Shown here piece by piece: positions 43,635 to 54,551 of a stretch of DNA of 64,000 nt. Location of the stretch: positions 231,204-295,203 of the forward strand of contig OZ246405.1 of NCBI GenBank assembly GCA_965231005.1, written 5' to 3'. The notes under the pieces are model-generated. The model was not told the origin of the DNA and made no database searches. It worked only from the letters and a program-made list of their open reading frames with translations. Position 1 is the first letter of the stretch, and the number at the start of each line of letters is the position of its first letter. Source of the stretch: an uncultured Gammaproteobacteria bacterium (GTDB lineage: Bacteria; Patescibacteriota; Patescibacteriia; Magasanikbacterales; UBA922). The translations under genes were made by a program, and so were the position numbers.

Positions 43635-46340
43635 TTACTTTATTTTCCCCCAACGCTTATCCGTATCAACATGTACTTCAATTGGAACATCAAGTTTTGT
43701 CACATCCTCCATAATCTTTTTTACAAGCTTGCCAACCTCATCTGCTAGATCATTTTTTACTTCAAGAACAAGTTCATCATGTACTTGCAAAAGCATTTTT
43801 ACTTCTTCAGAAGAATATGTTTCTTTTAATTTTTTATGCACTTCTATCATTGCAAGCTTCATAAGATCGGCAGCAGTTCCTTGCACTGGCATATTAATTG
43901 CCATGCGTTCTCCTGCATTCCTTATTTGAAAATTGTCTGAACTCAATTCTGGAATATATCGTTTTCTTCCAAATAATGTTTCAACATATCCGTCATCTTT
44001 TGCATTTTCAAGCAGTGTATCTAAAAATGTTTTTACTCCTGCAAATGATTCAAAATATTTATCAATAAAATCTCGCGCTTCATAGTGCGTGAGTCCTGTT
44101 CGCCAAGAAAGACCGTGTGCCCCCATTCCATAAAGCACTCCAAAATTAACAGCCTTTGCTTTTGACCGCATATCTTTTGTCACATCTTTTAAATCAACGC
44201 CTTGAATAAGGGCTGCTGTTGCTTTGTGAACATCCTGTCCTTTTTTAAAAATGTCTATTAAATTTTTGTCATCTGCAAGTGAGGCAACAATGCGCAATTC
44301 AATCTGAGAATAGTCTGCAGCCAGCAGCGTGTATCCGCGATCTGCAACAAATGCATCTCGAATTTTTCTCCCAAGCTCTGTACGAATTGGAATGTTTTGT
44401 AAGTTCGGATCTGAACTCGATAACCGTCCTGTGGTTGCAACAGTTTGATTGAACGTTGTATGAATCCGGCCTGTTTTTTTATTAATAAGTGTTGGAAGAA
44501 CATCGATATATGTATTTCTTAACTTTTCAATTTCGCGATACTCTTCTATCATTGAAATAATTGGATGCATGTCTCTTAATTTTTCTAACTCTGATGCTGC
44601 AGTTGAATATCCTGTTTTCCCTTTTTTAATTCCTTGCGTTGGAAGTGCAAGTGTTTCATACAAAATTTCTCGAAGCTGAACTGATGATGAAACATTAAAC
44701 TCTTGTCCTGCTTCTTTATGAATCTTTTTTACAAGAGCAGCAATATCTTTGTGTGCAAGTGCTGACATTTCTTTGAGCATTTTTTCATCCAAAGCAATAC
44801 CATTGAGTTCCATGTCTGCCAACACTGGGATAAGCGCCATTTCCATATCATCAAATAATCCTCTCACAGCTTCCTTGTGCATTTCCCGTTCATATTTTTG
44901 ATAAATTTTCCCAATACCAACTAACTCATTAGCAAGCGCAGCAGGATCTGCGCCAAACAATGTCCCTTGGTCATTTTCAGGAAGCTCCAATCCAATTTCT
45001 CTTAACAATATTTCTTTTAAACCGTGTGCTCGAGTGCTTGAGTTTAACACATATGAGCCGATCATAATGTCAAACAGCTTTGCTTGTACATCGATTTCAA
45101 GAACAAACAATGCTTTGAAAAGTTTTTTTAAATCATGACCAACAATCAAATGTTTTGATTCTTCAAACAACGAAAATATTTTTTTTGTTTCTTCTTTATT
45201 TAAGCGGGACAAATCAATAAAGTATGATTTTCTTTCAACAACACAAACTAAACCAGTAAGTATTGAAGATACAGCATCGTCTCCAGAAATAATTTCTTTA
45301 CACGCAAATTCTTTTACTGTTTTTACATGTTTTACAAATTCTTTTACCATTGTTGACGAATCAACATTGATCATCTTTATTTTCTTTGTTTGCTTTTTTG
45401 GCTTATCATCTTCAAATACGTTTTCTTCTTCATTTCCTGGAATACGTTTTAACAAAGAATAAAATTCAAACTGCTTAACAAGTTCTGTAACTTCCTTAAG
45501 CTCAAAATTATATGCATCACAATCTTCTAGCTTAAATCTAAGACCCGTCACATTTGTGTGAATCGTAGCAAGTTCCAAACTCATGTGCGCGTCTTCTTTT
45601 CCTTCTTGTAATTTTTTAATTGTTGATGCTTTTATCAACTCTTCTAATTTTTTCTGATTACTTTTTTTATAAATATCTGCAATTCCACCAATTTTTTCAA
45701 TAAGTTCTTTTGCTCCTTTATCCCCAATTCCTCGTACACCTGGGATATTATCAGAGGAATCACCTTTTAATGCTTTGTAATCAACAACTCGCTCTGGACC
45801 AAATCCATATTTTTCAATGACTGCTTTTTCGTCGTATAACTTCATATCACTAAATCCGCGACGGAGTAAATACACTTGTGTCTTTCCATCATCAACAAGT
45901 TGCAACATATCCCCATCTCCTGTTGCAACAATGGTGGTAACACCTGGATGTTTTTTCTTCATTTGTTTTGCAAGCGTTCCAATGACATCGTCTGCTTCAA
46001 ATCCTTCTTTTTCATAAATTGGAATGTTAAAAGCTTCAACAACATCGTAGACAAGTGGTATTTGGTCGTACAAATCTTGATCTGCGGCAACACGCGTTGC
46101 TTTGTAATCTTCGTAAATTTCATCTCGAAATGTACCTCCAGCAACGTCAAAACTTACTGCTAAATAATCTGGCTCCAGCTGTTCGTATACTTTTAATAGC
46201 ATTGATGTAAACCCAAAAACAGCATTCACAATTGTGCCGTCTTTTGTGGTTAAACCAGGAATTGCATGGTATGCCCGATGAATAATGGCATGACCATCAA
46301 TGATAACAAATGTCTTGTTTTTAGTCTTTTTTGCTGCCAT
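43635..46340 (-). CDS. polA: DNA polymerase I
   Basis: 901 aa with a 5'-3' exonuclease N-terminus (IIDGHAIIHRAYHA), a 3'-5' exo-like middle region and pol A family motifs (RRxAKAVNFGVLYG, QVHDELV). Confidence 0.95.
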   Translation of the reverse strand: MAAKKTKNKTFVIIDGHAIIHRAYHAIPGLTTKDGTIVNAVFGFTSMLLKVYEQLEPDYLAVSFDVAGGTFRDEIYEDYKATRVAADQDLYDQIPLVYDVVEAFNIPIYEKEGFEADDVIGTLAKQMKKKHPGVTTIVATGDGDMLQLVDDGKTQVYLLRRGFSDMKLYDEKAVIEKYGFGPERVVDYKALKGDSSDNIPGVRGIGDKGAKELIEKIGGIADIYKKSNQKKLEELIKASTIKKLQEGKEDAHMSLELATIHTNVTGLRFKLEDCDAYNFELKEVTELVKQFEFYSLLKRIPGNEEENVFEDDKPKKQTKKIKMINVDSSTMVKEFVKHVKTVKEFACKEIISGDDAVSSILTGLVCVVERKSYFIDLSRLNKEETKKIFSLFEESKHLIVGHDLKKLFKALFVLEIDVQAKLFDIMIGSYVLNSSTRAHGLKEILLREIGLELPENDQGTLFGADPAALANELVGIGKIYQKYEREMHKEAVRGLFDDMEMALIPVLADMELNGIALDEKMLKEMSALAHKDIAALVKKIHKEAGQEFNVSSSVQLREILYETLALPTQGIKKGKTGYSTAASELEKLRDMHPIISMIEEYREIEKLRNTYIDVLPTLINKKTGRIHTTFNQTVATTGRLSSSDPNLQNIPIRTELGRKIRDAFVADRGYTLLAADYSQIELRIVASLADDKNLIDIFKKGQDVHKATAALIQGVDLKDVTKDMRSKAKAVNFGVLYGMGAHGLSWRTGLTHYEARDFIDKYFESFAGVKTFLDTLLENAKDDGYVETLFGRKRYIPELSSDNFQIRNAGERMAINMPVQGTAADLMKLAMIEVHKKLKETYSSEEVKMLLQVHDELVLEVKNDLADEVGKLVKKIMEDVTKLDVPIEVHVDTDKRWGKIK

Positions 46341-46484
46341 AATACTCTCATACTAGCACAGAACCCCCTTGAAAAAAAGAGTCTTCTGTGTTACTCTATA
46401 CACCGATTTGCTAATCAAAAACAAGCTTGTCTTGTTAAAAATCTAATAAATAATAGATATTAGATAATAAATATTAGCTAATAT

Positions 46485-46555
<71 letters not shown>

Positions 46556-46561
46556 CAATTT

Positions 46562-47314
46562 ATGAAACTCACCATCCTTGTTGAAAACCAAACAAGCAGA
46601 ACAAACAATAAACTCTGTGCATCTGAGTGGGGATTTTCTGCTTTTCTTGAAATAAAAAATATTAATATCCTTTTTGATTCAGGACATTCAGATATTTATA
46701 AGAAAAATGCAAAAAATTTGGGAATTGATCTTGAAAAAACAGATGTTGTTATCCTTTCTCATTATCACTGGGATCATGCAAAAGGATTACTTCACCATGA
46801 GTTTAAGACAAAGAAAAAGCTGATACTTCATCCGCATGTTCTTGAAAAAATTACTGAAGAAGAGGCAACGAAATTTAAAAACGACTTTGAAATTATTTCA
46901 ACAGAAGAAGTACTTGAGTTTAGTCCTGATATATTTTTCTTAGGACAAATTCCACGAGTAACACCATTTGAAAAAGGAATGGCAAAAGGAGAACACATGT
47001 TTGATGATACTGCACTTGCCATTAAGACGGACAATGGAGTTGTTGTGTTAACTGGATGTTCTCATTCTGGGATTGCTAATATTTGCAAATACGCAACAAA
47101 AATTACAGAACAAAAATTGTATGCTGCACTCGGCGGATTTCATTTATTTGAGACTGATCCAAAAGGTGTTGCCGGTGCAATTGAATATTTTAAAAAAGAA
47201 AAACCAAAACACTTATATCCAATGCACTGCATTGATCTTCCAACACTTGCTTCATTTTATAATGAATTTGGAATTATAAAATATGGAGCTGGAGATACGA
47301 TTGAGATTGAATAA
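46562..47314 (+). CDS. metallo-beta-lactamase-fold hydrolase
   Basis: It has the HYHWDHAKG (HxHxDH) motif. The ORF track start at 46499 overlaps the tRNA, so the start was trimmed to MKLTILVEN at 46562. Confidence 0.7.
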   Translation: MKLTILVENQTSRTNNKLCASEWGFSAFLEIKNINILFDSGHSDIYKKNAKNLGIDLEKTDVVILSHYHWDHAKGLLHHEFKTKKKLILHPHVLEKITEEEATKFKNDFEIISTEEVLEFSPDIFFLGQIPRVTPFEKGMAKGEHMFDDTALAIKTDNGVVVLTGCSHSGIANICKYATKITEQKLYAALGGFHLFETDPKGVAGAIEYFKKEKPKHLYPMHCIDLPTLASFYNEFGIIKYGAGDTIEIE

Positions 47315-47394
47315 TAAAATAAATAGATAATAATCAAAAGGCGGATGAGGCCTAGTTAGATGAAAAATATTTTTAATATTAAGCAAGAATAAAT

Positions 47395-47766
47395 ATGGAT
47401 ACTTCGAGCCCTGAACTACAAAAAGAAGCCGCCAAACAGATGGCGTTTACTAAAGCTTTAGAAGATTTAAAGCGTATTGTGGGTATTGTCAAAAAGTGTG
47501 GAATAAAAAGGGTCTGTGAATACTGTGACTGGTCTGATCAAGAAATCTCAGCAGAATCTGATGCAGCATTCCGAGAGGAGTGGGAAAGTAAGTTCTCATC
47601 TGGCATGCCAATTGTTCGTGATGGCATGGACGGAATACGCATAAGCCGCAGCGACGATGATCGTTTACTTGTCGGGTTTACGAATGGATTTGAAAATCCA
47701 GAAAACCCCATACGCAAAAAAATTACAGAAGCACTCACTTCTGAGGGATTTGATGTAATTGAGTAA
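47395..47766 (+). CDS. hypothetical protein
   Basis: 123 aa with no recognisable motif. Confidence 0.4.
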   Translation: MDTSSPELQKEAAKQMAFTKALEDLKRIVGIVKKCGIKRVCEYCDWSDQEISAESDAAFREEWESKFSSGMPIVRDGMDGIRISRSDDDRLLVGFTNGFENPENPIRKKITEALTSEGFDVIE

Positions 47767-47825
47767 AAAATATTCACTATACAACAACACACATGACCTC
47801 AACCCCGCTCATAGGTCAAATCCTA

Positions 47826-48728
47826 TTATTCATGATTTATTCTTTTCCTTACCAATTCCATTGTCGGCATACGCTCAACACTCACACCTCCAGTATTTTC
47901 AATACATAAACTAGCTGCGGCCGAAGCAAATACTCCTGATTTTTCAATATCTTTTGTTCTTAAGTAGTAGGTTAAAAACCCAGCCATAAACACATCCCCA
48001 GCACCAGTTGTATCCTTAACATTGGCTTTAAAAGCAGGAATCTGAAACTGATGTTTTTTTGTTAGAAGTAAAGATCCTTTGTCACCTAAAGTGATAATAA
48101 CACTGCTCGCTCCCCACGTTAAAAACCGTTGTGCCATTTTTTCTATATCAATATTTTTATCACCACTCAAACGTCGACAATCTTCATCACTTGCTTTTAC
48201 AATGTTAAAACAAGATACTAATTCTTTTGTAAACTCAAAATCTTTTTTTGCATTTGAAACTGCTGAATGAGCTCCTCCATATCCACCAATGTCGAGTGCC
48301 ATTAATTTTCCAAGATTTTTTAATTCTTTAACAACACTAAGAGAAACTTCAAAGTCCATAGGACAGATGTAAAAAAGTTTGGCATTCAAATACTCCTTTG
48401 GAATATCTTGAAAAATAATGTCAGGAGCTTTTTTTAAAAATGTTATTTCTTTGCTTCCATCTTCCCGATACACAAGCTGATTTGTGGTAGAAAAATTACC
48501 TTTTTGAATAATTCCTTTTGGATCAACTCCTGAGTCGAAAATTGGCTTAAGTAATTTTTTTGGAAAATCTAATCCAATGTTTGTGACAATCCCAACGTTT
48601 GCTTTGAGTCGTGCTGCAGCAACCATAGCATAGGCTGGTGGGCTTCCTAAAACAGCCTTGATTTCTTTTCCAGGAAAAACAATAGTCTCATTTAAAATAT
48701 GTCCGAAAGCAATGATGTCAAAAGAGTT
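47826..48728 (-). CDS. PfkB-family carbohydrate kinase (ribokinase-like)
   Basis: DIIAFGHILNE is the N-terminal sugar-binding motif, and VKDTTGAGDVFMAGF is the C-terminal PfkB signature. Confidence 0.8.
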   Translation of the reverse strand, partial: NSFDIIAFGHILNETIVFPGKEIKAVLGSPPAYAMVAAARLKANVGIVTNIGLDFPKKLLKPIFDSGVDPKGIIQKGNFSTTNQLVYREDGSKEITFLKKAPDIIFQDIPKEYLNAKLFYICPMDFEVSLSVVKELKNLGKLMALDIGGYGGAHSAVSNAKKDFEFTKELVSCFNIVKASDEDCRRLSGDKNIDIEKMAQRFLTWGASSVIITLGDKGSLLLTKKHQFQIPAFKANVKDTTGAGDVFMAGFLTYYLRTKDIEKSGVFASAAASLCIENTGGVSVERMPTMELVRKRINHE

Positions 48729-48905
48729 CATAATTATCAAAAATATCTAGTAGTACTATCTTAATATAATAAATAAAGAAGTCAAAACATTGCAACAAAA
48801 AACATCGATCATCTCGATGTCTTTTGTATACGCCGCATGTGAAAGTTCTCCCAATTCTTTCGCGGCGCAAAGTCTCTTGGAGTTCAGTTGTGGTTGCTCG
48901 TGTGG

Positions 48906-49547
48906 CTACTCGTCGTCAACAGGGGTGTACGGATCGCACCAGTCCAACCTGTGGTTACGCGTGTTTGCGTGCTGCGCCCTGAGCCTGAGGGTCTCGCCAA
49001 ATCCCCGTGCGAATTTGAAGTTGCCCTGGACAGGAATGATCAACCGAAAGCCCTTGAGCAGAAGCGTTTTGGCATTCGCGATCTCTCGGTCACCAGACCG
49101 CCGATCCTTGTCGATCTTGTCGATGGCACGCGCGACGTAGAACCCTGCCTTGGCCGAAGCGTTGACGAGCCTGTCCCGTTGCCTGGTCCTGATGTCGAGC
49201 TTTTCCTTCAGGCGGTCTTTCTCTGCCTCCAGCGGTTCGAACTTACCACGAAGCGTCTGGGTCTCTGCCTGAGCCGCTGCGAGCTTGCCCTGCGTTTCAT
49301 CCAGATCTTGCTTCATCGCAGACCCAAACTTGTGCGCCTCAACAAGAAGCAGTATCAGACCCACAATGACGACCATGAAGAACACAAATGTGATGATGAA
49401 CATACCACCCGTGTACTGAACCTCACCATCTACATCTGAAATCAGCGCCAGGACGACTATTGCTGAAACGGCCAAAAAGCCGAGCACCGCAATAAACCCG
49501 ACAAAAAGGTGGAGAGCCTTCCGCATCTCCATGCCGAACAGTTTCAT
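48906..49547 (-). CDS. hypothetical membrane protein with coiled-coil (high-GC islet)
   Basis: The start is at ATG 49547 (MKLFGMEMRKALHLF), which has the SD agagagg. It has two TM helices, a coiled coil (KQDLDETQGKLAAAQAETQTLRGKFEPLEAEKDRLKEKLD) and a C-terminal domain. A terminator lies at 48808-48835. Confidence 0.55.
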   Translation of the reverse strand: MKLFGMEMRKALHLFVGFIAVLGFLAVSAIVVLALISDVDGEVQYTGGMFIITFVFFMVVIVGLILLLVEAHKFGSAMKQDLDETQGKLAAAQAETQTLRGKFEPLEAEKDRLKEKLDIRTRQRDRLVNASAKAGFYVARAIDKIDKDRRSGDREIANAKTLLLKGFRLIIPVQGNFKFARGFGETLRLRAQHANTRNHRLDWCDPYTPVDDE

Positions 49548-49748
49548 GTTAACCTCTCTTGTGCATTGCACAGAAGTCGCTCCACAAATCTTGACGACCG
49601 GCCTCTTTCGGCCTAAGGCTGTGTTGATCATGCTGGCCTTGTCCAACACAATCAACGACAGGTCCCTCTCCCGTCGTATTTGCTTTGCTACGTTTGCTCC
49701 AATTGAGCATAAAGCACTCTTTGGTAAGAGTGCTTCTGCTTAATTAGA

Positions 49749-50327
49749 TTACTTTCCGTAAATTTCCATCTTGAGGCGTTTGAGACCAAACTGCTTTGCA
49801 GTTTGTTTTGACGCATAGTTATCGAGTTTTCCATTTTCATCGAGAACAGCGATATACATGTCAATTCTATTTGTACCATTATATCGTTTGTTCATACGAT
49901 CGCGAACAACAAATACTTTATTACCATACAATTCTGGGAAACGAACCTTTGTTCCTTTCGCAAGAAAGTTGGCAGCAATCGTATTTACCTCACCCTGTTC
50001 TGCGTGTTCACATAAATCGTAATTCACGGCTGGAATACATGGGGTAGAGTCTGTTTGATACGGATCACTTGAGTATGCTGTTGCAATAACGTTTTTTGAT
50101 CGTAATGGAGCTCTATCTTCTGAAACTGGAAATACCTGTTTCATGTAAGACATACCAGACGGTGCTGCTGGGAGCACACTTGCAACCACTTCATTAGTTG
50201 CAGCGTTTACCACTTGTGCAGGAACCATTCCCACGACAAGAGTAAAAAGAGTAACCAGCGCTGTCAGTCTTTCTACCTGCTTTTTGTTTACCATAGCTTC
50301 TAATACTGTATTTATAGGCTGCATCAT
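49749..50327 (-). CDS. 3D-domain (RlpA/MltA-like) cell-wall-binding protein
   Basis: ATAYSSDPYQTDSTP...IAANFLAKGTKVRFPELYGNKVFVVRDRM...IDMY is the 3D-domain pattern. It has an N-terminal signal anchor. Confidence 0.65.
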   Translation of the reverse strand: MMQPINTVLEAMVNKKQVERLTALVTLFTLVVGMVPAQVVNAATNEVVASVLPAAPSGMSYMKQVFPVSEDRAPLRSKNVIATAYSSDPYQTDSTPCIPAVNYDLCEHAEQGEVNTIAANFLAKGTKVRFPELYGNKVFVVRDRMNKRYNGTNRIDMYIAVLDENGKLDNYASKQTAKQFGLKRLKMEIYGK

Positions 50328-50599
50328 ATTATCAAATTCTTAATTAAAAAACAAGGTTTTGCCTTGTATATATAACAGCACAGTATAACATAAATTTGCT
50401 CCTTTGTCAAGTGTTTTGTAGAAGAAAAATAAATAAAAAATGGCTAAAATAAGCGAAATAATCCACAAATCTATTGATTTCTTTGCCTAAATAAGCCTAA
50501 AAGTCTTCACCTTTATTTGACAATACAGCCATCTATGGTAATTTTAAGGAATTGTGGTATAATATGAAGAGTATTTTTACCTTATCTTAGCGAAAAAAT

Positions 50600-53563
50600 A
50601 TGTCGAACCGCCGAAGCTACGGCTATGAATCAAGAAAACCTGAGCAAAGTCGGAAACAAATAAAAAAAGGAGGAAAGCAAGAACAGGATCCTATTTGGAT
50701 GAAAATCCTTCTTTTGCCTTTAAAAGCAGTCTGGGTGATTTTGACAGTACTTTGGATTATCATTGCAAGTCTCTGGAAAAAGAGACCTCACATTCCTGGT
50801 AGGACAAAAGAAGAAATTAGAGCAAAAATGTTTAAATATGGAACAAGTCTTATTATTTTTGGACTTGTTTTTGGTGTGATTACTGTTGCATGGGTAAGTA
50901 AGGACCTTCCAGACCCAGATAAACTCACAGATAGAAAGATTGCACAGAGCACAAAAATTTATGACAGAACCGGAGAACACTTATTGTATGAAATTTTCAC
51001 AGACCAACGAAGAACCATTATTGATTATGATGAAATTCCACAACAATTAATTGATGCAGTCATTGCAACAGAGGACACAAAATTTTATGAACATGGTGGA
51101 ATTCGTCCACTGAGTATTGCACGTGCAATTTTCTTTGGTGCATTTACAAGTAAAAGAATTGGAGGAACATCAACACTCACGCAACAACTTGTTAAGAATG
51201 CAATTCTTACAAACGAACGATCCATCATTCGAAAAATAAAAGAAATTATTTTGTCAGTCCGACTCGAACAAAAATATACAAAAAAACAAATTCTAAAAAT
51301 TTACTTTAATGAAATTCCATACGGATCAACAAACTACGGTGTTGAAGCTGCATCATTAAATTATTTTGGAAAGTCTGTCGGAGAACTTGAACTTGGACAA
51401 CTGGCATCACTTGCAGGATTGCCAAAAGCGCCGTCACGATATTTACGAAATAAAGATGCACTAAAACAACGACGCGACTTTGTGTTGAAACGGATGTTTG
51501 AAGAAGGATTTATTTCTGAAGAAGAAAAAAATAAAGAACAAGCAAAAGAAGTAACACTTGAACAGCGTTTTGATAACATTCGTGCACCACACTTTGTTCT
51601 TCATGTAAAAGAACAATTGATTGAACAGTTTGGAGAAAATACTGTAAACACAGAAGGACTCCACGTTGTTACAACACTTGATTGGGACAAACAACTCGCA
51701 GCAGAAAAAGCTGTAACAGAAGCTGGAAAAGAAAAATTAGAAAAAGCAGAAGCAAACAATGCATCACTTGTTGCGCTTGATCCTGAAACAGGACATATTC
51801 TTGCAATGGTTGGATCATATGATTTTTTTGATGAAGATATTGATGGACAATTTAATGTTGCAACACAAGGAAACCGACAACCAGGGTCATCTTTCAAACC
51901 AATTGTATACACTGCTGCTTTTGAAAAAGGATACACGCCAGAGACTGTTCTTTATGATACCGTGACTGACTTTGCAGTGAGTGGAAAAAGTTATAAACCA
52001 CTCAATTATAATTTAAAAGAACTCGGACCCGTCAGCATGCGACAAGCTCTGCAAGGTTCAATGAATATTCCTGCTGTGAAAACACTCTACCTTGTTGGTG
52101 CAGAAAAAGGAATTGAGTTTGCTGAGCGGCTTGGATACACAACATTGAGTGAAGGATCGTTTGGACTATCACTTGTTCTTGGTGGAGGAGAGGTAAAACT
52201 ATTAGAACATGTAAGCGCGTACAGTGTGTTTGCAAATGATGGTGTACGACACGAACCAACCTCTGTTATTGAAGTAACCGACAGCAAAGGAGATGAAATC
52301 TTTAAATGGAAAAAGAAAAAAGGTGAACGAATCATTGATAAAGAAATTGCTGCAACTATTTCAAACGTACTAAGCGATGATGCAGCACGAGCCTTTGCGT
52401 TTGGTCGTGGTGGAGTTCTCACAGTTCCAGGACACAATGTCGCAGCAAAAACAGGGACAACCAACGCGTACGTTGATGCATGGACTGTTGGATACACACC
52501 AAAACTTGCTGCAGGTGTGTGGGCAGGAAATACAGATAACACACCAATGAAGCGTGGTTTTGGAGGAAGTAAGGTTGCTGGACCAATTTGGAATGCGTTT
52601 ATGAAAGAAGCACTAAAAGATACGCCGGCTCAAACATTTACAGAAGCACCAAAAAACGAAGCGAAAAAAGCAGTGCTCCGTGGATCTGAAGGTGGTTCAA
52701 TTACACTTGCCGTAAACAGAGTAACAGGACGAAGAGCAACAAGCTCAACACCAGAACATTTGATTGCGCAACGAACATTTGTCCAACCACATTCAATTCT
52801 TCATTATGTAAAAAAGGATGATCCACGTGGTTCTGTTCCAAGTGATCCAACACAAGAACCACAATACGAAATTTGGGAAGCTGCAATTCAAGATTGGATA
52901 AAGCGAAAAAAAGAAGAAGAGCCAGATTGGGAAATTAGTTTTGAAGAACCACCAACAGAAGAAGATGATGAATATTCACTTGAACTCATGCCAACACTTG
53001 AGCTTGTATATCCTACAAAAAAACAACGAATTCTTTCAAGACAAATTGATACAGATATTCGCGTGAGTGCACCTCGTGGTGTTACAAAAGTTTCATACAA
53101 ATTAGATGATGCATGGGTTGCTGTTGTGCGTGAACATCCATTTAATTTAAATTATTACGCAAAAGGACTTGAACCAGGAGACCACACACTTACAATTTTA
53201 GTTGAAGACGATGTTGGAAATAGGTTGGAAGAAGCTGTGCCATTTACACTTGATGCGCCAGCAGAAAAACCAGGAATTATTTGGGTAGATAAAAATCTTA
53301 CACTCTCAAAAAATAATCTTCCAAAAACACTTTTCATGGAACATGTGAAATTGGACGAAATAAAAACTGTTCATGTGTTTGTAAAAAGAGGATCAGGAAA
53401 AACACTTCTTGAGTCAATTACTGACTTTTCAAACCTATTTAATAATCAACTACAAGTAACACTGAAAGATCTTGAAAGCGGAAATATAGAGCTTGTAACA
53501 GAGGTTGAAACAAAGAGTGGGGGAAAAAACAGTAGTGGATCACTCTCGATAAAAATTAAATAA
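50600..53563 (+). CDS. class A penicillin-binding protein (PBP1A: glycosyltransferase + transpeptidase) with long C-terminal extension
   Basis: 987 aa with a TM anchor. The GT51 motifs are EDTKFYEHGGI and RKIKEIILSVRLEQ. The transpeptidase motifs are SSFKP, SMN and KTGTT. Confidence 0.9.
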   Translation: MSNRRSYGYESRKPEQSRKQIKKGGKQEQDPIWMKILLLPLKAVWVILTVLWIIIASLWKKRPHIPGRTKEEIRAKMFKYGTSLIIFGLVFGVITVAWVSKDLPDPDKLTDRKIAQSTKIYDRTGEHLLYEIFTDQRRTIIDYDEIPQQLIDAVIATEDTKFYEHGGIRPLSIARAIFFGAFTSKRIGGTSTLTQQLVKNAILTNERSIIRKIKEIILSVRLEQKYTKKQILKIYFNEIPYGSTNYGVEAASLNYFGKSVGELELGQLASLAGLPKAPSRYLRNKDALKQRRDFVLKRMFEEGFISEEEKNKEQAKEVTLEQRFDNIRAPHFVLHVKEQLIEQFGENTVNTEGLHVVTTLDWDKQLAAEKAVTEAGKEKLEKAEANNASLVALDPETGHILAMVGSYDFFDEDIDGQFNVATQGNRQPGSSFKPIVYTAAFEKGYTPETVLYDTVTDFAVSGKSYKPLNYNLKELGPVSMRQALQGSMNIPAVKTLYLVGAEKGIEFAERLGYTTLSEGSFGLSLVLGGGEVKLLEHVSAYSVFANDGVRHEPTSVIEVTDSKGDEIFKWKKKKGERIIDKEIAATISNVLSDDAARAFAFGRGGVLTVPGHNVAAKTGTTNAYVDAWTVGYTPKLAAGVWAGNTDNTPMKRGFGGSKVAGPIWNAFMKEALKDTPAQTFTEAPKNEAKKAVLRGSEGGSITLAVNRVTGRRATSSTPEHLIAQRTFVQPHSILHYVKKDDPRGSVPSDPTQEPQYEIWEAAIQDWIKRKKEEEPDWEISFEEPPTEEDDEYSLELMPTLELVYPTKKQRILSRQIDTDIRVSAPRGVTKVSYKLDDAWVAVVREHPFNLNYYAKGLEPGDHTLTILVEDDVGNRLEEAVPFTLDAPAEKPGIIWVDKNLTLSKNNLPKTLFMEHVKLDEIKTVHVFVKRGSGKTLLESITDFSNLFNNQLQVTLKDLESGNIELVTEVETKSGGKNSSGSLSIKIK

Positions 53564-53668
53564 GGAATATTTTACGCAATCAAAAAAGCACCCGAAAAGG
53601 TGTTTTTTAGATTGACAGCTCAATCTCATATTGCTAGGATAACTTATCCTCAGACAAAAGGAGTTTAC

Positions 53669-54115
53669 ATGGAGACCAACAATAGCCGCCGTACTCGTCA
53701 CATCTTGTCAGGAATCATTTTCGCATCTATACCAATCATCTTGTGCGTTGGCGCAGCAAACAACCACGGATACTGGCAGGCAACACTCCAGGACTTGAAC
53801 GACGCAAATATGGCACTCGAGGAAATCGAAGGTCTACTTGAGTCGCTTCATTGTTTTGAACGTGAAGCTGGCTTTCCAAAGAAACATATTGATGAACGAG
53901 AACTTGCGATCCTCGAAGTTCAGAAAACGACCAGAGAAACTAGGAAAGCCATTGAAAAAAACAAAGAGCTCCCTTGGTACGAAACCTTGATCTTCAGCTA
54001 CGCAACAAGGTCTCACATAAGTGGTTTCAAATACCACTGGTTTCTCAAGAGGAGAAAACTACTGATCCTGGTCAAGGATCGACTTGTTGCTGGAAAAGAG
54101 TGTTTGAGGACCTAG
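53669..54115 (+). CDS. hypothetical membrane protein (moderately GC-enriched, own SD and terminator)
   Basis: The start is at METNNSRR with the SD aaggag. It has one TM helix. A hairpin lies at 54142-54170 and a terminator at 54185-54215. Confidence 0.45.
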   Translation: METNNSRRTRHILSGIIFASIPIILCVGAANNHGYWQATLQDLNDANMALEEIEGLLESLHCFEREAGFPKKHIDERELAILEVQKTTRETRKAIEKNKELPWYETLIFSYATRSHISGFKYHWFLKRRKLLILVKDRLVAGKECLRT

Positions 54116-54221
54116 AAGGAGTGGAAACATCGAGAAGTTCGCCTGTGTTTGCTTGTCTTTCACAGGCGGGCAAATACTACTATCAAAAAAACACCTTTTC
54201 AGGTGCCTTTTTTATTTTTAA

Positions 54222-54539
54222 TTATTCTTTCATCATTTCACGATACACAGCCCAGATATCGTCTCGAATATTTTCATATAATGCTTTTGCATCTTCCTGA
54301 TTTTCTTCCCTCTCTACAACATCTAACATTTGAGAGATTGTATAGTAACAAGCATCCTGGATTGAGTTCCAACTTTTTAGTGCATCCTCTTTCAACTTTC
54401 TTAATAATTCCCTTACCTTCTCTTTTCCTTCTTCACTCACATCACCACTTTCATCAACAATAGACAACCACAAATCATATTGCTCTGCAATTCTATTTAA
54501 AAATTTTTGTTCTACTGGAAGACGTCTTTCATTTTCCAT
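54222..54539 (-). CDS. hypothetical protein
   Basis: 105 aa, acidic and helical, with no motif. Confidence 0.4.
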   Translation of the reverse strand: MENERRLPVEQKFLNRIAEQYDLWLSIVDESGDVSEEGKEKVRELLRKLKEDALKSWNSIQDACYYTISQMLDVVEREENQEDAKALYENIRDDIWAVYREMMKE

Positions 54540-54551
54540 ACTAATTTATTA

